A DNA stretch of 64,000 bases from Antedon mediterranea (GCF_964355755.1 NC_092678.1:1504422-1568421); one strand, 5' to 3'; counted from the first letter of the stretch, positions 9,474-23,879 are shown. The notes: generated from the letters alone by a model not told the origin. Translations and numbers: made by a program.

Positions 9474-12363
9474 GTAAGTTTACTATCATTTCTCTTTATT
9501 CCACCCTGTTCCACCCAAAATTAATCTTTTTATAGTATGAATTCAATCTGCGTTGTGATAGCTGAAGTGACTAAAAAAAAAAATGGAAAAATTATCCATA
9601 AGCCTCTATTTCATTTGAAGTTTATAAAACACATACAGTAGGTTGTTCGTTTGAATAGCCTAGTAGTAATACAGTTTAAATGACTTATCATTTCATTTAA
9701 GTTCACCATACTGTAGTTTGTTTAATCCTAAAGAACAGTCTGCGATTAAACAAATTGTAAATTGTGTTATAATAAATCTTAATAAATCAAGTCTGTAGAA
9801 CTACAGTACATCACATTACCTTTGTTCAAAATGACTTATATTAATTATTTATGCATACTGTACTGTTTATTAATTATACTTCTTCTCAGTACATTAACTT
9901 ATAATTCAGCTGCTTTGATGAAGCTGCAGCGGTGTCATGTTCAATTTTAATATAAAGCACCCCCAGACAGTGGACACATTCAAATGCATATGACCAAATC
10001 ATACATTTCAAGATATTTTGAATACAAAAAATACAGTTGTAGAGCATTGTCCTGTACCTATAGTACTGTATAGTAGTACATCTGTATTTACTAACCGCAC
10101 CTGTGTTTATATGTAAATAATAATAATCATACATTTATAAGAATTTCCCTTATGTATTTTAGAGGGTACAGTATGACATCCACTTACTCTTATTAAATTA
10201 TTTAAAATTATAGTTCATAATTTTATGCATGAAGTACAAACCAATTTATTTTCTGCAAAAATATTTGTGCATTTAAATACAATATTTCCCCTTTGTGTTA
10301 TTAGTAGACTAATTTAATTTTCTATGTCGGATGAAAACAATCTTTTTTTAAACATTTCAAAATAAATGAAAAATATGAAATACAGGTACAATTATTTCTA
10401 GAATTTCTTTGATGCTATTTATTTGAACAATAAAAAACAGATAATTCTAACAACAAAACATTTAAAAACAACATTTCCATTTAAAATTAGTTTACATTAT
10501 ATTATACTGTAGCTCAATTTGTTGATAATTATTCCATTTTTAGTTACATTATCCTTAACATAATAATTATTTAGCAAGCAAAAATTATTACTGTAATGTT
10601 ATCGTAAATGAGTAAGAATGTTGCACATTAGGTCGATTCTTTCGAGCCTTAAAAGTGGACAAATAATTTATGTTTATAACCTTTGAGTGTAGCTCAATAA
10701 ATTATTGAAAAGGTGGCGTTTTACATAATGTTCATTTTTAGCATGAGCGCATGCATAATACGGCTAAATATCATATGAATAGTAATGGCAACATCTCCAT
10801 TACAGTCGGTAATCTAAGAATAGCCTACTGTACTGTGGTAGTAAAGAAGCTCTTTTGAAATACAGTACAACAATAACGTATTAAATAGTGCGGTTTTTCA
10901 TTAATTGCAAACTGATGAGATATTTTATTACTTTTTAAAATTATAGCTACGACAATATTAATAAATGAAATGCTACAGTATCTCTTAAGTAAGTCTTATG
11001 AGAATTACAGTTAACATGTGGTTGTCTGGTTTTATTAATCGATTTACTGATTTAAATTAACTTATTTCAAAATAATAAATAATTTACTGTACATACAGTA
11101 CAAGGTATTTTAAACTCATCACTAATTTATATACTTATACTAGAATTCAATAATTATTGATTCCGGTCTACACCCAATTCTTTCTCTTTTTACTTCCTTT
11201 AATTTCACACATTAGGTCAAACTAAGTTTATCTAAATTCCACTTAATATTTGGTTGAAAATAGTGCATTTACTAAAGTATGTATTCTGTCATTAATAATT
11301 GTTATGAACATAAATTTCAAGTCGGTAACAGGCAAACACGTGAGCTGGAATTAAACTGAACTAGTGTAACACCCCAGGAAATTATACTGTTTCCATCTGT
11401 AGCTTTAACATTGTAGATTTGTAGAAAATTCACTATAGAGTATATAAACAATTATAATACTGTGCAGTGTACAGTAACAACACCAATACAAGTACTGTAG
11501 GCGACTGTAAATTATTTAGTCGACATTGTAATGTAAATTACAGCAAAATGATAATGTAATCATTATCCAGCACACTAAAACCCCGCCTCATTCTTGTACA
11601 CTTACTTTCCTCTGAAACGAAATGATATTAATATTATCGCCAACCCCAGATAGAAAGTTGCAATGTACAGGATAATTTTTGTTATGTACAACTTAGCTCA
11701 TGTCTTTAACCAATGGCGTTTGTGATGCTTATTGTTTTATAACCAATCGCGTCGCTTATTCGGAGCTTAATGAATAAAATTGTACATTTATTTACAGTGT
11801 TGCTGACGTTGCTAAAATTAGTTATTTTTTTTAATCCTTTTGAAGAATGAATACTATGTTTTATGTTCTTCAATTTGGCTAGATTTATGGCCACATTACC
11901 TGTACATTATACAGCATGTTTTCATCAACTCTGTTTTACCTTTAATGACCTTCTTTCAAATGCTGCTTGCCGTCGGCGATCTAAAAGCAAATTTTTTTTT
12001 TACCGAGCTATAATTTTGCACAGTGCGCATAATAAAATTAAAACTTTTATTTTAACAGTAACTTGAAAACCATAAAGGTTTTCTTCAAACAATTTGCATA
12101 CTGTATACTGATAATATACTATATATCGACTTTACTATAGTATTGTCGACTTAGTATTTTTGATTGTTTTCCATCATCCATTTATTATATATATAAGTCA
12201 ATGACGCAATCTAAAGTTCAAACATGATTTTAGATGTGTTTAAAATGGGCGTATCAAGTTGATTCTATATAAATAAAGTTATTTAATTAAAATCAGACGG
12301 TCCTTTTCAGCTTTTAAATTTGGATTTTTGTCTTGCCATCTAAAAAGTTTCTTTCTTTTCTAG

Positions 12364-12433
12364 ATCGGAATCAACCCTGGATTATTCGCTGCTTACAAAG
12401 GGCATCATTACGCAGGGCCAGGCAACCATTTCT
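12364..12433 (+). CDS. TDG: Thymine DNA glycosylase exon (catalytic GINPG motif)
   Basis: [23 protein letters not shown] carries the MUG/TDG family catalytic Asn motif. tag and gtaagt boundaries. Confidence 0.97.
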
Positions 12434-13308
12434 GTAAGTTTGATTTACTTTTTTATCATCCGAAACCAGGCTATGGTGGTTACTTGTGTACTATCTTCAA
12501 TAGAAACGTTTCTCTTTTTTATAATTATAATTTATTATATCAGAAGTTTGAAATGTATTCAATATAAATGTTTGAAAGTTATCTATCCTTTGTATACGTC
12601 TGGAAAAAAAAAGCTTTGGCTATAAAAGTCAGCTGGCTACCGATTAGAGGTGGCACTCGTGGGGCTACTGTATGTGACTCAGTTGTATAAGCTCACCCCT
12701 TGAGATTTGTGGGCTTTCAAGCCTATTTGAGTCACAAGTTCAATATCCTTTTGCAATAAAACGTACAGTAAAATGGTGGCTATAGTGAATCTCTTCTTAT
12801 TCCATTACTTTTTGTTTTCACTACGTGCCTATTATTGAGTAAAAATATACGCATGCTCATATGTTTCTGAGCATGCGCAGAGTGACTTTTTTACTTGATA
12901 GACGAGTCATTAAAACAAAAATTTGAAGATTTGAAAAATAGTATTTTAGGAATCTGTTGTAATGTATGAAACACCACCACACGTCAGACAATGAAATGAA
13001 TTGCAATGAATACTGTTTGCCACATGCCCCCACTGTACAGTAGATGTTGAGATGATTAAATTTAAATTAAGTTATATTTTGTAGTAAGGTTTATTAATTA
13101 GGGGTTGAGTACAGACAAGCATTCTAGAGTTATATGTACAGTAGGTGCATTTTGTACAGATGATAGCTAAGGTATTAAGTAGGACATCTATAAATCATGT
13201 AGTTTTTACTCATTCAAGAGTAAAAATATACGTGCTGTATGCATACTGCATCTTACAGTACTGCTTTCATGTTTTTTTTCTTAACTGTTTTTAATTAATC
13301 AATTTCAG

Positions 13309-13441
13309 GGAAGTGCCTATATCTGTCAGGACTAATTCCAGAACCAATGACTGCGATGGACGACTATAAACTACTAGACTTTGGAATTGGGTTTACAAAT
13401 ATAGTAGAAAGGACATCACGGGGAAGTGCTGATCTATCAAA
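13309..13441 (+). CDS. TDG: Thymine DNA glycosylase exon
   Basis: WKCLYLSGLIPEPMTAMDDYKLLDFGIGFTNIVERTSRGSADLS; phases consistent with neighbours. Confidence 0.96.
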
Positions 13442-14971
13442 GTAAGTTGGAAGAATTATGCTCTTTGAAAGAATTTAGACCAGAGATAAAGTCTGTTTTC
13501 GCCAAGTTTTGTGCCCAAATTTTGAACGAATTGACTGTTTCAAGCCTGTATCCAGCAGTTAATCAAACCCCTTTTATTTAAAGTGCCATTTTCAAACTAG
13601 AAATTGCTAGTATATGCCAAATTCATAACAATTTTTGCCCATTCTGACCTAGCCAGCAGGCAAATTCCATCTAAAAGGAGACCTAAAACAGTCTCCATCC
13701 CCTTGTTTTATCCATAATTCCATAGTTGTCCCTTTTTGAGGAAACAAAGAACTCCTTCTTGCTTCAAAATACTATGTTGTGCCACCATTGTCTGGACATT
13801 ATTCTGTCTCCTTTACAAATACCTTTACAATTAAATGCTATCGTTGTGCGGTATCTTTACAATAACCTTTTATGATGCCTACCTGTACCTGTACTTAATT
13901 AAAGTTATTCTTATATACGTTCCTGTAACGCCTTAACACTGGTATAACATTTGCTAATTACTGTACAGATATTTTGATGTAAGTATTGAAGCAGCTGAGA
14001 ACAAAATGATAATTTTCAAGGCTTAATTAAAAAGGGAACCTTTTAGCAACACTTTGTCTATATTGCTACAGTTTAACCAGTAACTGATAAGTCGTTAGTG
14101 TTGCTAAAAAAAAACACATATTTTCAAATCTGAACTAGACAAGTTTCTTATTGATAGTATTGTAAAACTAGGAAGAATTTTTTTAAAGAATATTGTTTGC
14201 CATGTTTTCATAATAACTTCTCAGAATTTAAATAATGATCCTTTTATAAGATGATAAATGTTGCATTTCTAAAAAATAATAATTTTCAAATACTGTAGTC
14301 ATACAGTACAGTAGTAAGTCCTCTCCAACAAGATACAAAACAGGTTAATGTATAAAACCTACTGTTCAACAAACATGTCATTGCCTGGCCTTAGTGTTGA
14401 AATTGTTAGCATTTTTAATTTGAAATCTATATTTGGAAAGGGAATTATTATAATTACAAGATGTGTATAATCCGTAAATGGAATAATCCTAGTTAATTAG
14501 TTCACGCCATTAGCTTGAAGTTGTTGTTACCTTTTAAGAAATGAAGCGTTCCGGCCAGTTGGTTCTTGTCATCAAGAAATGTTGTTGTAGAGTGTTGTTT
14601 GCTTATTTTCTTTTGCTCTTTTATAACAGCATATTATTTTCCATTATAGTAGATATAATTTGTTAAATGTCACACGCACTGTGTAAAAACAATGTAATGG
14701 GGTAAACTACATTATATTTACAGAATATAAAATTGTGAAAAGATTTACCAATACTGTGTTCAGTTAGATTTCTCAAAATCTCTTTATTAAATTTATTCAT
14801 TAAAAATAATTTTACATTAAAAACATTTTTTAACAATGTTTGACAAGGGCTACAGTAGCACTGTGCAGTAAAAAAAATAATTGTTTTTATTGTAATTGTG
14901 TATGTCCTTTCTTTGCTTACATTTTAAAGCTTGTTCGTGTGGATAACCTAATTCCTATTTTGTTTAAACAG

Positions 14972-15131
14972 AAAAGAAATTAAAGAAGGTGCCAAAATTT
15001 TGCTGGAGAAAGTGAAGCAGTATAAACCAAAGATAGCGGTGTTTAATGGAAAGGGCATTTATGAGGTGTTCAATGGTTCAAAAAATTTTGAAATTGGCCG
15101 ACAGCCTGAGCCCATGGAAGGCACTGATACG
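14972..15131 (+). CDS. TDG: Thymine DNA glycosylase exon
   Basis: KEIKEGAKILLEKVKQYKPKIAVFNGKGIYEVFNGSKNFEIGRQPEPMEGTDT; canonical splice sites. Confidence 0.96.
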
Positions 15132-15154
15132 GTAATCATATTATTTTGCTGTTA

Positions 15155-15275
15155 AGCTCTGTCTACTAGTTTGACAAAAAAAGTGGGATGTGCCAATATA
15201 TGGTGGTAGTTATATACCCAAAAATGGTAGTGATATGATCATATCATGTCCATATATGAGCGCATCACATTTTGT
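15155..15275. mobile_element. PIF/Harbinger-type MITE family copy (degenerate)
   Basis: TTA + AGCTCTGTCTAC and the family internal sequence. Confidence 0.65.
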
Positions 15276-15424
15276 TAAACTGTGAGTTTAGCTTTTCATT
15301 TTCATGACAAAACTGTATAGCTTTTTGAGTCATTCTCATGTTTTTGAGCATGCACAGAATGACTTTTTAACTTGACTGCTGGATAGTTGTGTGGAGCAAT
15401 GTGACAACAAAGTTGACTATTTAA

Positions 15425-15538
15425 AGCTCTGTCTACACTATCTAATCTAGTTTGACAAAAAAGTGTTATGTGCCCAAATATGGTAGTGATATGTCATCAT
15501 CGTGTCCATATATCGGCATAGCACATTTTTTTGTCACA
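15425..15538. mobile_element. PIF/Harbinger-type MITE family copy
   Basis: TAA + AGCTCTGTCTACACTATC and the family internal sequence. Confidence 0.7.
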
Positions 15539-16127
15539 TTAATAATTAATTACTAATAGTGTACAGTAACACACGGTATAGAATGGAAACTTAATTTATA
15601 TTACAAGGAGATACAGAAAGGTTTGTAGGTACAGTACAAGTAACCAGGAAGTTGGGAGGTACAGGAAAAATATGGAGATACAGAGAACTGGGAAATTAGC
15701 AGGTACTGTACAGGGGATAGAGAAACACTAAGGTATAAGGTAGGGTTAAATAGAGAAGCACAGTGAAACTAAAAAAGGGAGAAAACCGGGATAAAGTTTT
15801 GTACTGAGTTAAAACCAACAAATAAACCAGTCTTTGGATGAACGACTGATGAGTTTGCGATATTGAAATATAAAATGCAAAATCACCAATCTCCAGCAAT
15901 CCAGCCTGCTATACAGTGGACTAAATCCACATCGCTCCCCACCCAAAATCTGACCCCCAGTTTCCTTCTTCCAGGTATACTCTACATATAAACCATGGCT
16001 AATCTGTCATATGCATACTCACTAGTCCATATCCTTTCAGTTTTCGTTACTGGACAGTTAGGCCTTTTCAGGAAACCCCTTTTCCTATACACCAAACTGC
16101 TTTTAATCTTATTAGAAACCATGCGAA

Positions 16128-16378
16128 ATTATGTTAATTTTTGTGACTGCTTTAGTCAGGTTTTGTCATGTGGGTCACAGTAACAAGATAGACTGATATT
16201 AAACAACATGACACTATTTGATTAAATGATAATTTCTATTCTAAATAATTTTAATAAATGTTAATTTTTGTTGACTGTTTTACTCAGTTTTTGTCATGTT
16301 GGTCACAGTAACAAGATAGACTGATTATAAAACAAAATGACACTATTTGGTTAAATTATCATTTTCTAAATAATTTTA
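16128..16378. repeat. About 130-bp diverged tandem duplication in a TDG intron
   Basis: ATGTTAATTTTTG...TTTTGTCATGT.GGTCACAGTAACAAGATAGACTGAT...ATGACACTATTTG occurs twice in tandem. Confidence 0.8.
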
Positions 16379-17173
16379 GTTGGGTAAATATAAAAGGTGA
16401 AATATTTGTTAATGTTAAAGATAAATATATTATTATTGGTTAAAAGAAATCATTTCAAATAATTTCATCATTTCAAACAGTAAGGTTGTTTTGGCAAGTT
16501 CTCTACAACTTGTCAAAATGCTTACTCACTCTAATCATAGTCTAGTCACTGTGTATACTGATTACATGCTGTATAAGCTGTTTTTATCAAAGTATTGTAC
16601 ACTGACTTTGTTGAATTTAATAGGCTGAAGGAATATGTTTTTTTTAGGTTTCTACCCGCTTTAATTTGTATCTAGTACAGTAGCACCCACTTTAAAAGGC
16701 CTTTGTATTCCTTAACCCCTGGCATCTATCCTAAACCATACATGTATGATAAAGTATGAAATCCGCCATATGTAATAATGTCATCTCTATTCCTGGATTG
16801 CGCTTTATATTCTTGGTTGTTGGTACATTTGAAAATAATTTATTATAACATATAATGATTGACATAATTCACTTATCAATCATTCATAAAAAAAAAATTT
16901 AGTTGAAAGTCTCATGAAACATCATGAGTCATGCTATCGAATGCTTTTCACAACATTGAAATTAAAATGTCTACTTCATTACCCATGAAATGTAATGAAC
17001 AGCATTATATAAATGGTACTGAACTGAAATTAGATTATTTATGAAAATGCCATTTGGCAGTCACTCAGAACTCATTTGCATAATCAACATATTATATTAA
17101 GTGTATGTCTTGTTATTGGTTAGTGAGGGCAGTATAGCTTAATATCCACTATGCATGTCAGTGGTTACTTAAA

Positions 17174-17301
17174 GGCTCTGTCTACACTATCAAACTAGTA
17201 TGACAGTGTGATGTGCCAAAATATGGCAGTGATAGTCATTATGTCCATATATTCATACCACATTTATTTTGTCAGAAAAGTTTGATAGTGTAGACAGAGC
17301 T
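17174..17301. mobile_element. PIF/Harbinger-type MITE family, full copy
   Basis: TIRs GCTCTGTCTACACTATCAAACT ... AGTTTGATAGTGTAGACAGAGCT, followed by TTA. Confidence 0.8.
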
Positions 17302-17554
17302 TTATGATGATCCGAATGTGGTTCTTATTTGTTAACCTTTCTACAAATAACTTTTTTTATAGATTTTTGTCTTTTGTATTCATTTTTCTGTTCTGTATTC
17401 TGTTTATTTCCTGATGCACCACCCTTGTGGTGAGTGCCACTTTTAAAAAAGTGTAATAAATTCCAAATTTCAGAAAAAAAAAAAATATTCTTTAACCTTT
17501 TTTTTATTGCAAAATATTTGTTTATAACCTAACAATTAAATGTGTATTTTTCAG

Positions 17555-18529
17555 GTTATTTATGTAATGCCGTCATCGAGTGCACGCTGTTCACAATTCC
17601 CAAGAGCACAGGATAAAGTAAAATTCTACCTCAAACTGAAAGAACTCAGAGAGGAAATAGTGTCATCTTCAAAGTCTGTCGCAAACACAAGCACGGAGGG
17701 AAATAAATCTCCAACAATTCATGAAGAACCATCTGAAAGCAAAGAAGATGCGACAACGAAAAACGATTTTGACTCTAAAGAGTTAGGTAGCAATGACGCT
17801 AAAATTGAAAATGTTGAAATGGAAAAACAACCTGTGATTAAAACGGAACCATGTGGCGAGAATGAAACGGGATGTATTAAAGAAATTGACATTAAACTTG
17901 AAAAAAATATTGATGGAACAATACCAGCGTCTAATTTACATTTCCTAACAAAGGATGGGAATATAAACAATTGCTCCTCCACCCCTGCTACTCAAAATGG
18001 ACTAACTCAAGAACATGTCAAAATCAAACAAGAGCCAAAGGAGAATGAACCAGAACAAGTACGGTGCTCGGCGGCGGGTGATGCCGCTGATAATTCACCA
18101 CAACCTTGTAGTCTTAGCCAGAGGATGTTACAGACCGCATCCTGGGTGCAAAGTCTTCCCAGTTTGCCGATGGAAAACCGCTTTGAAGATCAAATCCCGA
18201 ATATCAATAACCCTCAGCGATCTCAATACTTCCACCAACCACCACACGGCTCCATCGGTTACTACCCCCCGCCACCCCCGCAACAAATGAGCGACCAGGT
18301 AAGGATGAACCAGCATTTGACATCAACCACTTGGATGGCTGGTAACCAACAAATGATGTTTTCGTCGCATCCAATGGCAGGTCATGCTCCAATGATTTCT
18401 AGTCCGTATACGCAAGCAATACTGGCCCATTCATCTAGTATCTCACAATCAATATCATCAATATCCAATGCTAAAGGCACATCCTTATCAACATCACAAC
18501 ATCGTAATCCCCAAACGTCTAGTAGGTAG
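17555..18529 (+). CDS. TDG: Thymine DNA glycosylase last exon (intercalating-Arg loop and long C-terminal tail)
   Basis: [32 protein letters not shown] matches [22 protein letters not shown]. The tail has IKTE/IKLE/IKQE SUMO consensus sites and a WVQS...FEDQIP motif like vertebrate WMTQSFTDQIP. TAG stop at 18527-18529. Confidence 0.95.
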   Translation, partial: VIYVMPSSSARCSQFPRAQDKVKFYLKLKELREEIVSSSKSVANTSTEGNKSPTIHEEPSESKEDATTKNDFDSKELGSNDAKIENVEMEKQPVIKTEPCGENETGCIKEIDIKLEKNIDGTIPASNLHFLTKDGNINNCSSTPATQNGLTQEHVKIKQEPKENEPEQVRCSAAGDAADNSPQPCSLSQRMLQTASWVQSLPSLPMENRFEDQIPNINNPQRSQYFHQPPHGSIGYYPPPPPQQMSDQVRMNQHLTSTTWMAGNQQMMFSSHPMAGHAPMISSPYTQAILAHSSSISQSISSISNAKGTSLSTSQHRNPQTSSR

Positions 18530-20648
18530 GAAAAAATCAACTATAATACAACAAAAAAATAACAAAAAAAAACATTTTTTATAATCATAAGTTATTGGTG
18601 TTTGCAAGAATTTATAGGCTTAATTAGGCTGTACTGCCATTTTAAACTTGTAAGAAAATATTAAATTATTTCTAATCTAAAATAAATTGAACCCTCCCTT
18701 TACTAATAACAATAATCTGTTAAATGATAAAGGTTTTAGAATTTTAATTCTGTCATATAAAAATATTTTAGGTATTTGTACAATTTTCACCCGATAATAA
18801 TGTACATAATTATACAGGCTTGAACTGTAATTTTTTTAAATTCAATTCTATTTTTTTTTTAATCCATCTTTTTTACCTAACATTGCAATCTCTTATCATG
18901 GTTTTAAAACCAAATTACAGTTTCTAATTTTATTGGTAATAACAGCCAATCAAATAATAATATGAATATGATTATTCCTGATAATAACAAATATTATTAG
19001 TGTAATTGTCAGCAAAGTTTCTAAGAACAAAATTAACCATTCAACCATTTAGACCAAGTAGTCTATAGGTACAATTTAGAATGTTAAAATTTTGAGAAAA
19101 TCCTGTACTATATTGTATATGAGCAATATATAGATATTCATGTTCATATTAGCTTGTATGATTGTGATCAATATATACACATACCATATTTGATCTGGTA
19201 AAAATCCCTTTTGAAAAATGCGATTGTAGAGTTGTTGGGAGTGGGTTGTGGTATTGCACCAGAAAAATGTTTGGACGTATCTTAATAATATGTGTATGAA
19301 CCTATGTCCTAAATTAAGAGGCTGGGTTTGAGTATGGGGTTGTACAAGGTCAAATATGATGATGTGAAATAATTGACAGAAGTTGGTTGGTATTCACTTC
19401 CTCTATACATATCTCATTAAATTTAAAAAAGGTAGTAACACTATGAAACAAAACATATTACGTATGTGATTAGATAGATTTAATGCATTTGCAAATTCTG
19501 GTATTCTCATTGGCTTAAATCCCATGCCTGAATTCAATATACTTGTTTAATCAACGTATTCCTGCTATCACAATCACTAGAGTGTACTGACTGTACCCCT
19601 ACTTTTTGATAGTTATGTAATACCCTAAGGCGGGTTAAACTCAATTTCTATTATACCTCTACAAGTTACTTAAATATTCTATGTAAATTTAAGTACTGTA
19701 ACTCTTGACCCCCTAATTTGTTTACAGGTGCTGTTTTAGTATGGGTTAACCCATTTTAAGAATGGGTAGTTCCATTTTATTTCTTCTATGGCATTATTAA
19801 CCCACCACAAGCAATTGTGTTGATGGTGATTTAAGAATGGTTAAACCCGTTTAATTTTTTTTCCGGGGTACCACTCAAACGCTTAAGCAATTGATGATGG
19901 GAGGGTGACTGCATTTTTTAAAAAGGCGTGTTGAATTTGAATACAGGGTGTATTTTTTTATTTCATCAACATTTCTTGTACAGTATATTTTATTTATTTG
20001 TCCATTTAACTTTTTAAAATTAAGATTCTGTATTATGAAAATAGGTCGTGTACATTCATTTATTTTGGTACATTTTCATTGAGTATGTTATGAAGTTGAG
20101 TGGACATTGGTATTTTTTATTTAGTATTTATTTTAATCTGTTTTTCAATCTTAGGATTAATTTTAATCCTATAATCCAGTGTGGGGTGCTTTTAATAGGG
20201 ATGGTATTTCATCCTGTAAGATATTTGCTTGTGCAAGTAACCAGTGATTTTTAATCTTCTAATTACTGTAATATAGTCAATTCTCCTAAAAAATAGACAC
20301 TGCTGGGCAGTCCCATATTGACCGGGCTAGTCTGCTTTTCAGAATGCATTATGTAGATAATGGGAAAGGATTTGTTATTGTTTTGGGAAAGGTTATCTGT
20401 GTCCAATTTTGGAAGAGTTGACTAAGAGATTATTTTTTTTTGTATGTAGGTTAGTATTCCAAAGAGCCAAGATTCTTAGCACAAATCTGATTCAATAGTT
20501 TAGTAAAAAATAATTTGTCGAAATTCCAGTGATACTTTTCCTCTGTTATATTAAATGAATTGATTTTAATTAATTAATTTTAGATGATGTTTCTTTACAT
20601 GTAAGGATTGCTAATGTTTTATTTCAATAAATATGTGAAAAAGAGTAA

Positions 20649-20755
20649 AGCTCTGTCTACACTATCAAACTAGTTTGACAAAAAAGTGTGATATACCCAA
20701 ATATGGTAATGATATGACATCATCATCTCCATATATGGGAACATTACATTTTTTA
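20649..20755. mobile_element. PIF/Harbinger-type MITE family copy (one end truncated)
   Basis: TAA + AGCTCTGTCTACACTATCAAACTAGTTTGAC. Lies just after a candidate TDG polyA signal AATAAA (20626-20631). Confidence 0.72.
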
Positions 20756-21285
20756 AAATTTGTCTGCTAGTTTTATATTTTAAATTCTGATATTGTAGCT
20801 GCAATATATTTCTGTGTGGATGTTGTGAATACGAATAACCAAAAAGGTTTAGATAAAGGGAGATAATAAAAGGTGTGAATCCTAAAAATACCATGTCCTA
20901 TTGGGGCTAAATATGCGACCCCCAGATCTCCGAAAAAAATAAGCATATTATTGCTTCGACTTTAAAATACGCAAATGTAAAACCCCTTTTTAAAATTTAA
21001 AATATGGTTTTATTTTATACCTTGTTTGATGGTATTTTGTTTTAAATATTTGAAACTAGGAACGATAATACATTGATATTAGTGTACTTTAGCCATCTGA
21101 TAAAACACTTTTTCATTCACCAAATAAAAAATTAACCCGATATAGGCTTCTGGGCTTATTTTTTATGTTGTTACTGTACTATATATCACCAATGCTATTG
21201 CTGTGTGTATACTGTATATACTGTGGCAGTGAAATTAGTTATATGTCGTAGTTGTTCATAGATAAGATCAACTGACGTGATGTTA

Positions 21286-21396
21286 AGCTCCGTTTACACT
21301 ATCAAACTTTATGTGACAAAAATATATGGACATGATGATGTCATATCACCACCATATTTGGGCACATCACACTTGTTTGATAGTGTAGACAGAGCT
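21286..21396. mobile_element. PIF/Harbinger-type MITE family copy
   Basis: Both TIRs present (AGCTCCGTTTACACTATCAAAC ... GTTTGATAGTGTAGACAGAGCT). Confidence 0.78.
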
Positions 21397-23879
21397 TTGT
21401 ATTTTAGTTAAACATTGTATAACCATTCTTATCACTGGTAATGCCATAAAGGAAATGGCTGTATGTGCTTTATCTTTTAATGTATGTTTATGTAACACCC
21501 ATAGCCCTTCGGTTTAAAAGTACTGTGTTTAGTACAGTAGCAGATTGACACACGGTTACTAATGGCGTGTCCAGGGATGCTATGAAAAAATCGAAATTGG
21601 TTTTAACGAAGAACGATGACTTTGGAAAAATATGTTATCCGAGGTCGTCCAGGGGGCGCTTGTCAGTGACTTATCCAAAAATATACTAAATAAAATTGGA
21701 TATATACTATTTGTTTTATTTAAAGAAATTTGCCTCAATTTGATAATCCTACTACATGAATTTCCTCCTGGGTGCGCCTTAACTAGCCTCAACTAAATTT
21801 TATGTTGGTATTTAGGTTGGCCTAGCCGCTCTTTTCTTTATAATTGCGTTAATGCTAATGTTTAGGCCTATTTGTCATTTGTTCCTCTAAATATTAGTAT
21901 CATGTAATGTTAATTATGTTACAATTTGTTTATTAATAGATATCAATGTTAGCAAATCATAAATATCGCCTGAAAAAATGTTGCGTTTATATGCACCTAA
22001 ATATTAAAACAGCTAGAATCTGATTATTTACAATATTAACACAATCATTGAATGCAAGTTTACTTTTTTCATGTAATTTTCATGAAATCGATGAGTTTAT
22101 TATTTTAGTTTTAAAGTTGCCCAAGTTCTGTACTGACTGGTGTATCCCATATGAGTTTCAAATTTATATAAAGGATAGGAAGCACATCCATGCTTTCTAA
22201 GCTAAGTCTTGTCTGAGTCTTACTTGCACTGTTTCGGCATGATATAAGCCCACTCCATGTTCTGGGATTATATCCGAGTCTGTACAGTACTTGTATTAAA
22301 AAAAAACCTAATAAGGTTACTGTGTTTATTAAGACCCCAAACATATTTGAATAACAAACCATTACCTCAAATACATACTGGAATCTTAACATTGTTAGAA
22401 CACCTATTTAATCTTATTTAATGTAAGAGTACCTCTGATAATACTGTCTTTGGAGGTATTTTAGCTTGCATTGTAAGTACACTAAGTTATCATTCAGTAT
22501 TCTATATGTGCAATTCTTGTGTGGGTTGACCGATGCTGTTATAACGGTCAATAGAAAAGGACAACACTGCCCCCTGATAAAAAGCAGACGATTGTGTTGA
22601 TATGCTTTCGTAAAGGTGGTAAAAGGCTTATCCGATAAATAGAGAAATAAACATGTTTTGTGCTAAATTGTGTCTCGGTTATCATAATTCAAAAATCTGT
22701 TTAATGTTGTTGCGTTTTTTTCTCCTAGATTATAAATCGTCAATTTTTAATACTGTACAAATTAATATTCATGTTTTATTGGTTACTGTACTATGGTAGT
22801 CATGATAATTTTGGAAATGTAAACGTCTAAAAGACCAAGAAGCAGTTGAAGCTTGTGAACTCATTTCAGATAAGAAGAGAAACAAGACATGACAATCTGA
22901 ATGTGTGTGAAGCAGTTTTACGATTGGAATGGGAAAATAGGAATAACATACGCTTTCCTGTCGACACTCAACAAATGAGGGAGATTCATAGAGCATCTCG
23001 AAACAACCGTTGTGTAACACAAACAGCTATGGCGAGACGTAATCACGACTGCAAAAACGAACTAACCACCAAACCGTTAATTCGCCACAGAGGTTTGAAT
23101 CAAGAAATAGAAAAGTTGGTGGAAGGAACGATGCTGTCCACAACATCAACTGGTTATAGACAGTGATGGCCACTGCAACACAAATACATGCAATTGAATT
23201 GAAGATGACTTGCCTTACCCTGGCTCCATCATCCCCTTCTCAAGCTTTTGTCATTCCTTTCTGTGCCGTCCTAGTCCAAGTTGTTGGAGGAGACTCATAC
23301 AAAATGTTGGCATGTAGCTACTTAGATCTCATTTATGACTAAACTTGAATGAGTGGATATGTGCGCTATATAAATCTTAATATAGTACAGGTATTTCAAT
23401 AGGCGTATAAGAATTTACACAAAATAGTTAGCGTGGAAAACTTGCTTTATTACAAAACTGTGTCTGGTCCTGATATACAAATAACTTAATTAAAAACGTG
23501 CATACTCTTTAGAAGAAACAATATAAAATTAAGTTCTTTACAAAACTGGAATGTATTTTGTTAACATTTAGATAAATAGAATAAAGTATTAGTCTACCAT
23601 AATTTCTCGATTAAGATAAAGATTTAATTAAGAACTGTACCCCACTATTGGGAACTCTACACTTTAATGTTAAGAATAGCAATGCATGTCATTTTCTTTT
23701 ACTTTTGCACTAGGGTAATAATTGTGTACACATGCTATTGTGTGAGACAAAATCAACCAATTCTAATGTCACTGCCCGTGTTGTTATCGAATGTGTGCCA
23801 CCTTAAAAATAAACAAATATGAAATACTACTCGAAAATTAGGATTTTATTGACCTTTTTTAGTGAACATTTTTGAATTT

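Noticed and set aside
16150-16183. Possible alternative TDG terminal exon (cag|VLSCGSQ*)
   Set aside because: Lies in an intronic tandem duplication, has a weak polypyrimidine tract, and would delete the essential MPSSSAR loop.
17719-18392. Short ORFs overlapping the last TDG exon
   Set aside because: Alternative-frame or antisense shadows with no recognisable motifs.
22769-23166. 106-aa plus-strand ORF between TDG and POGLUT1
   Set aside because: Non-ATG start and no recognisable domain. Possibly a decayed LINE endonuclease region, but it could not be supported.
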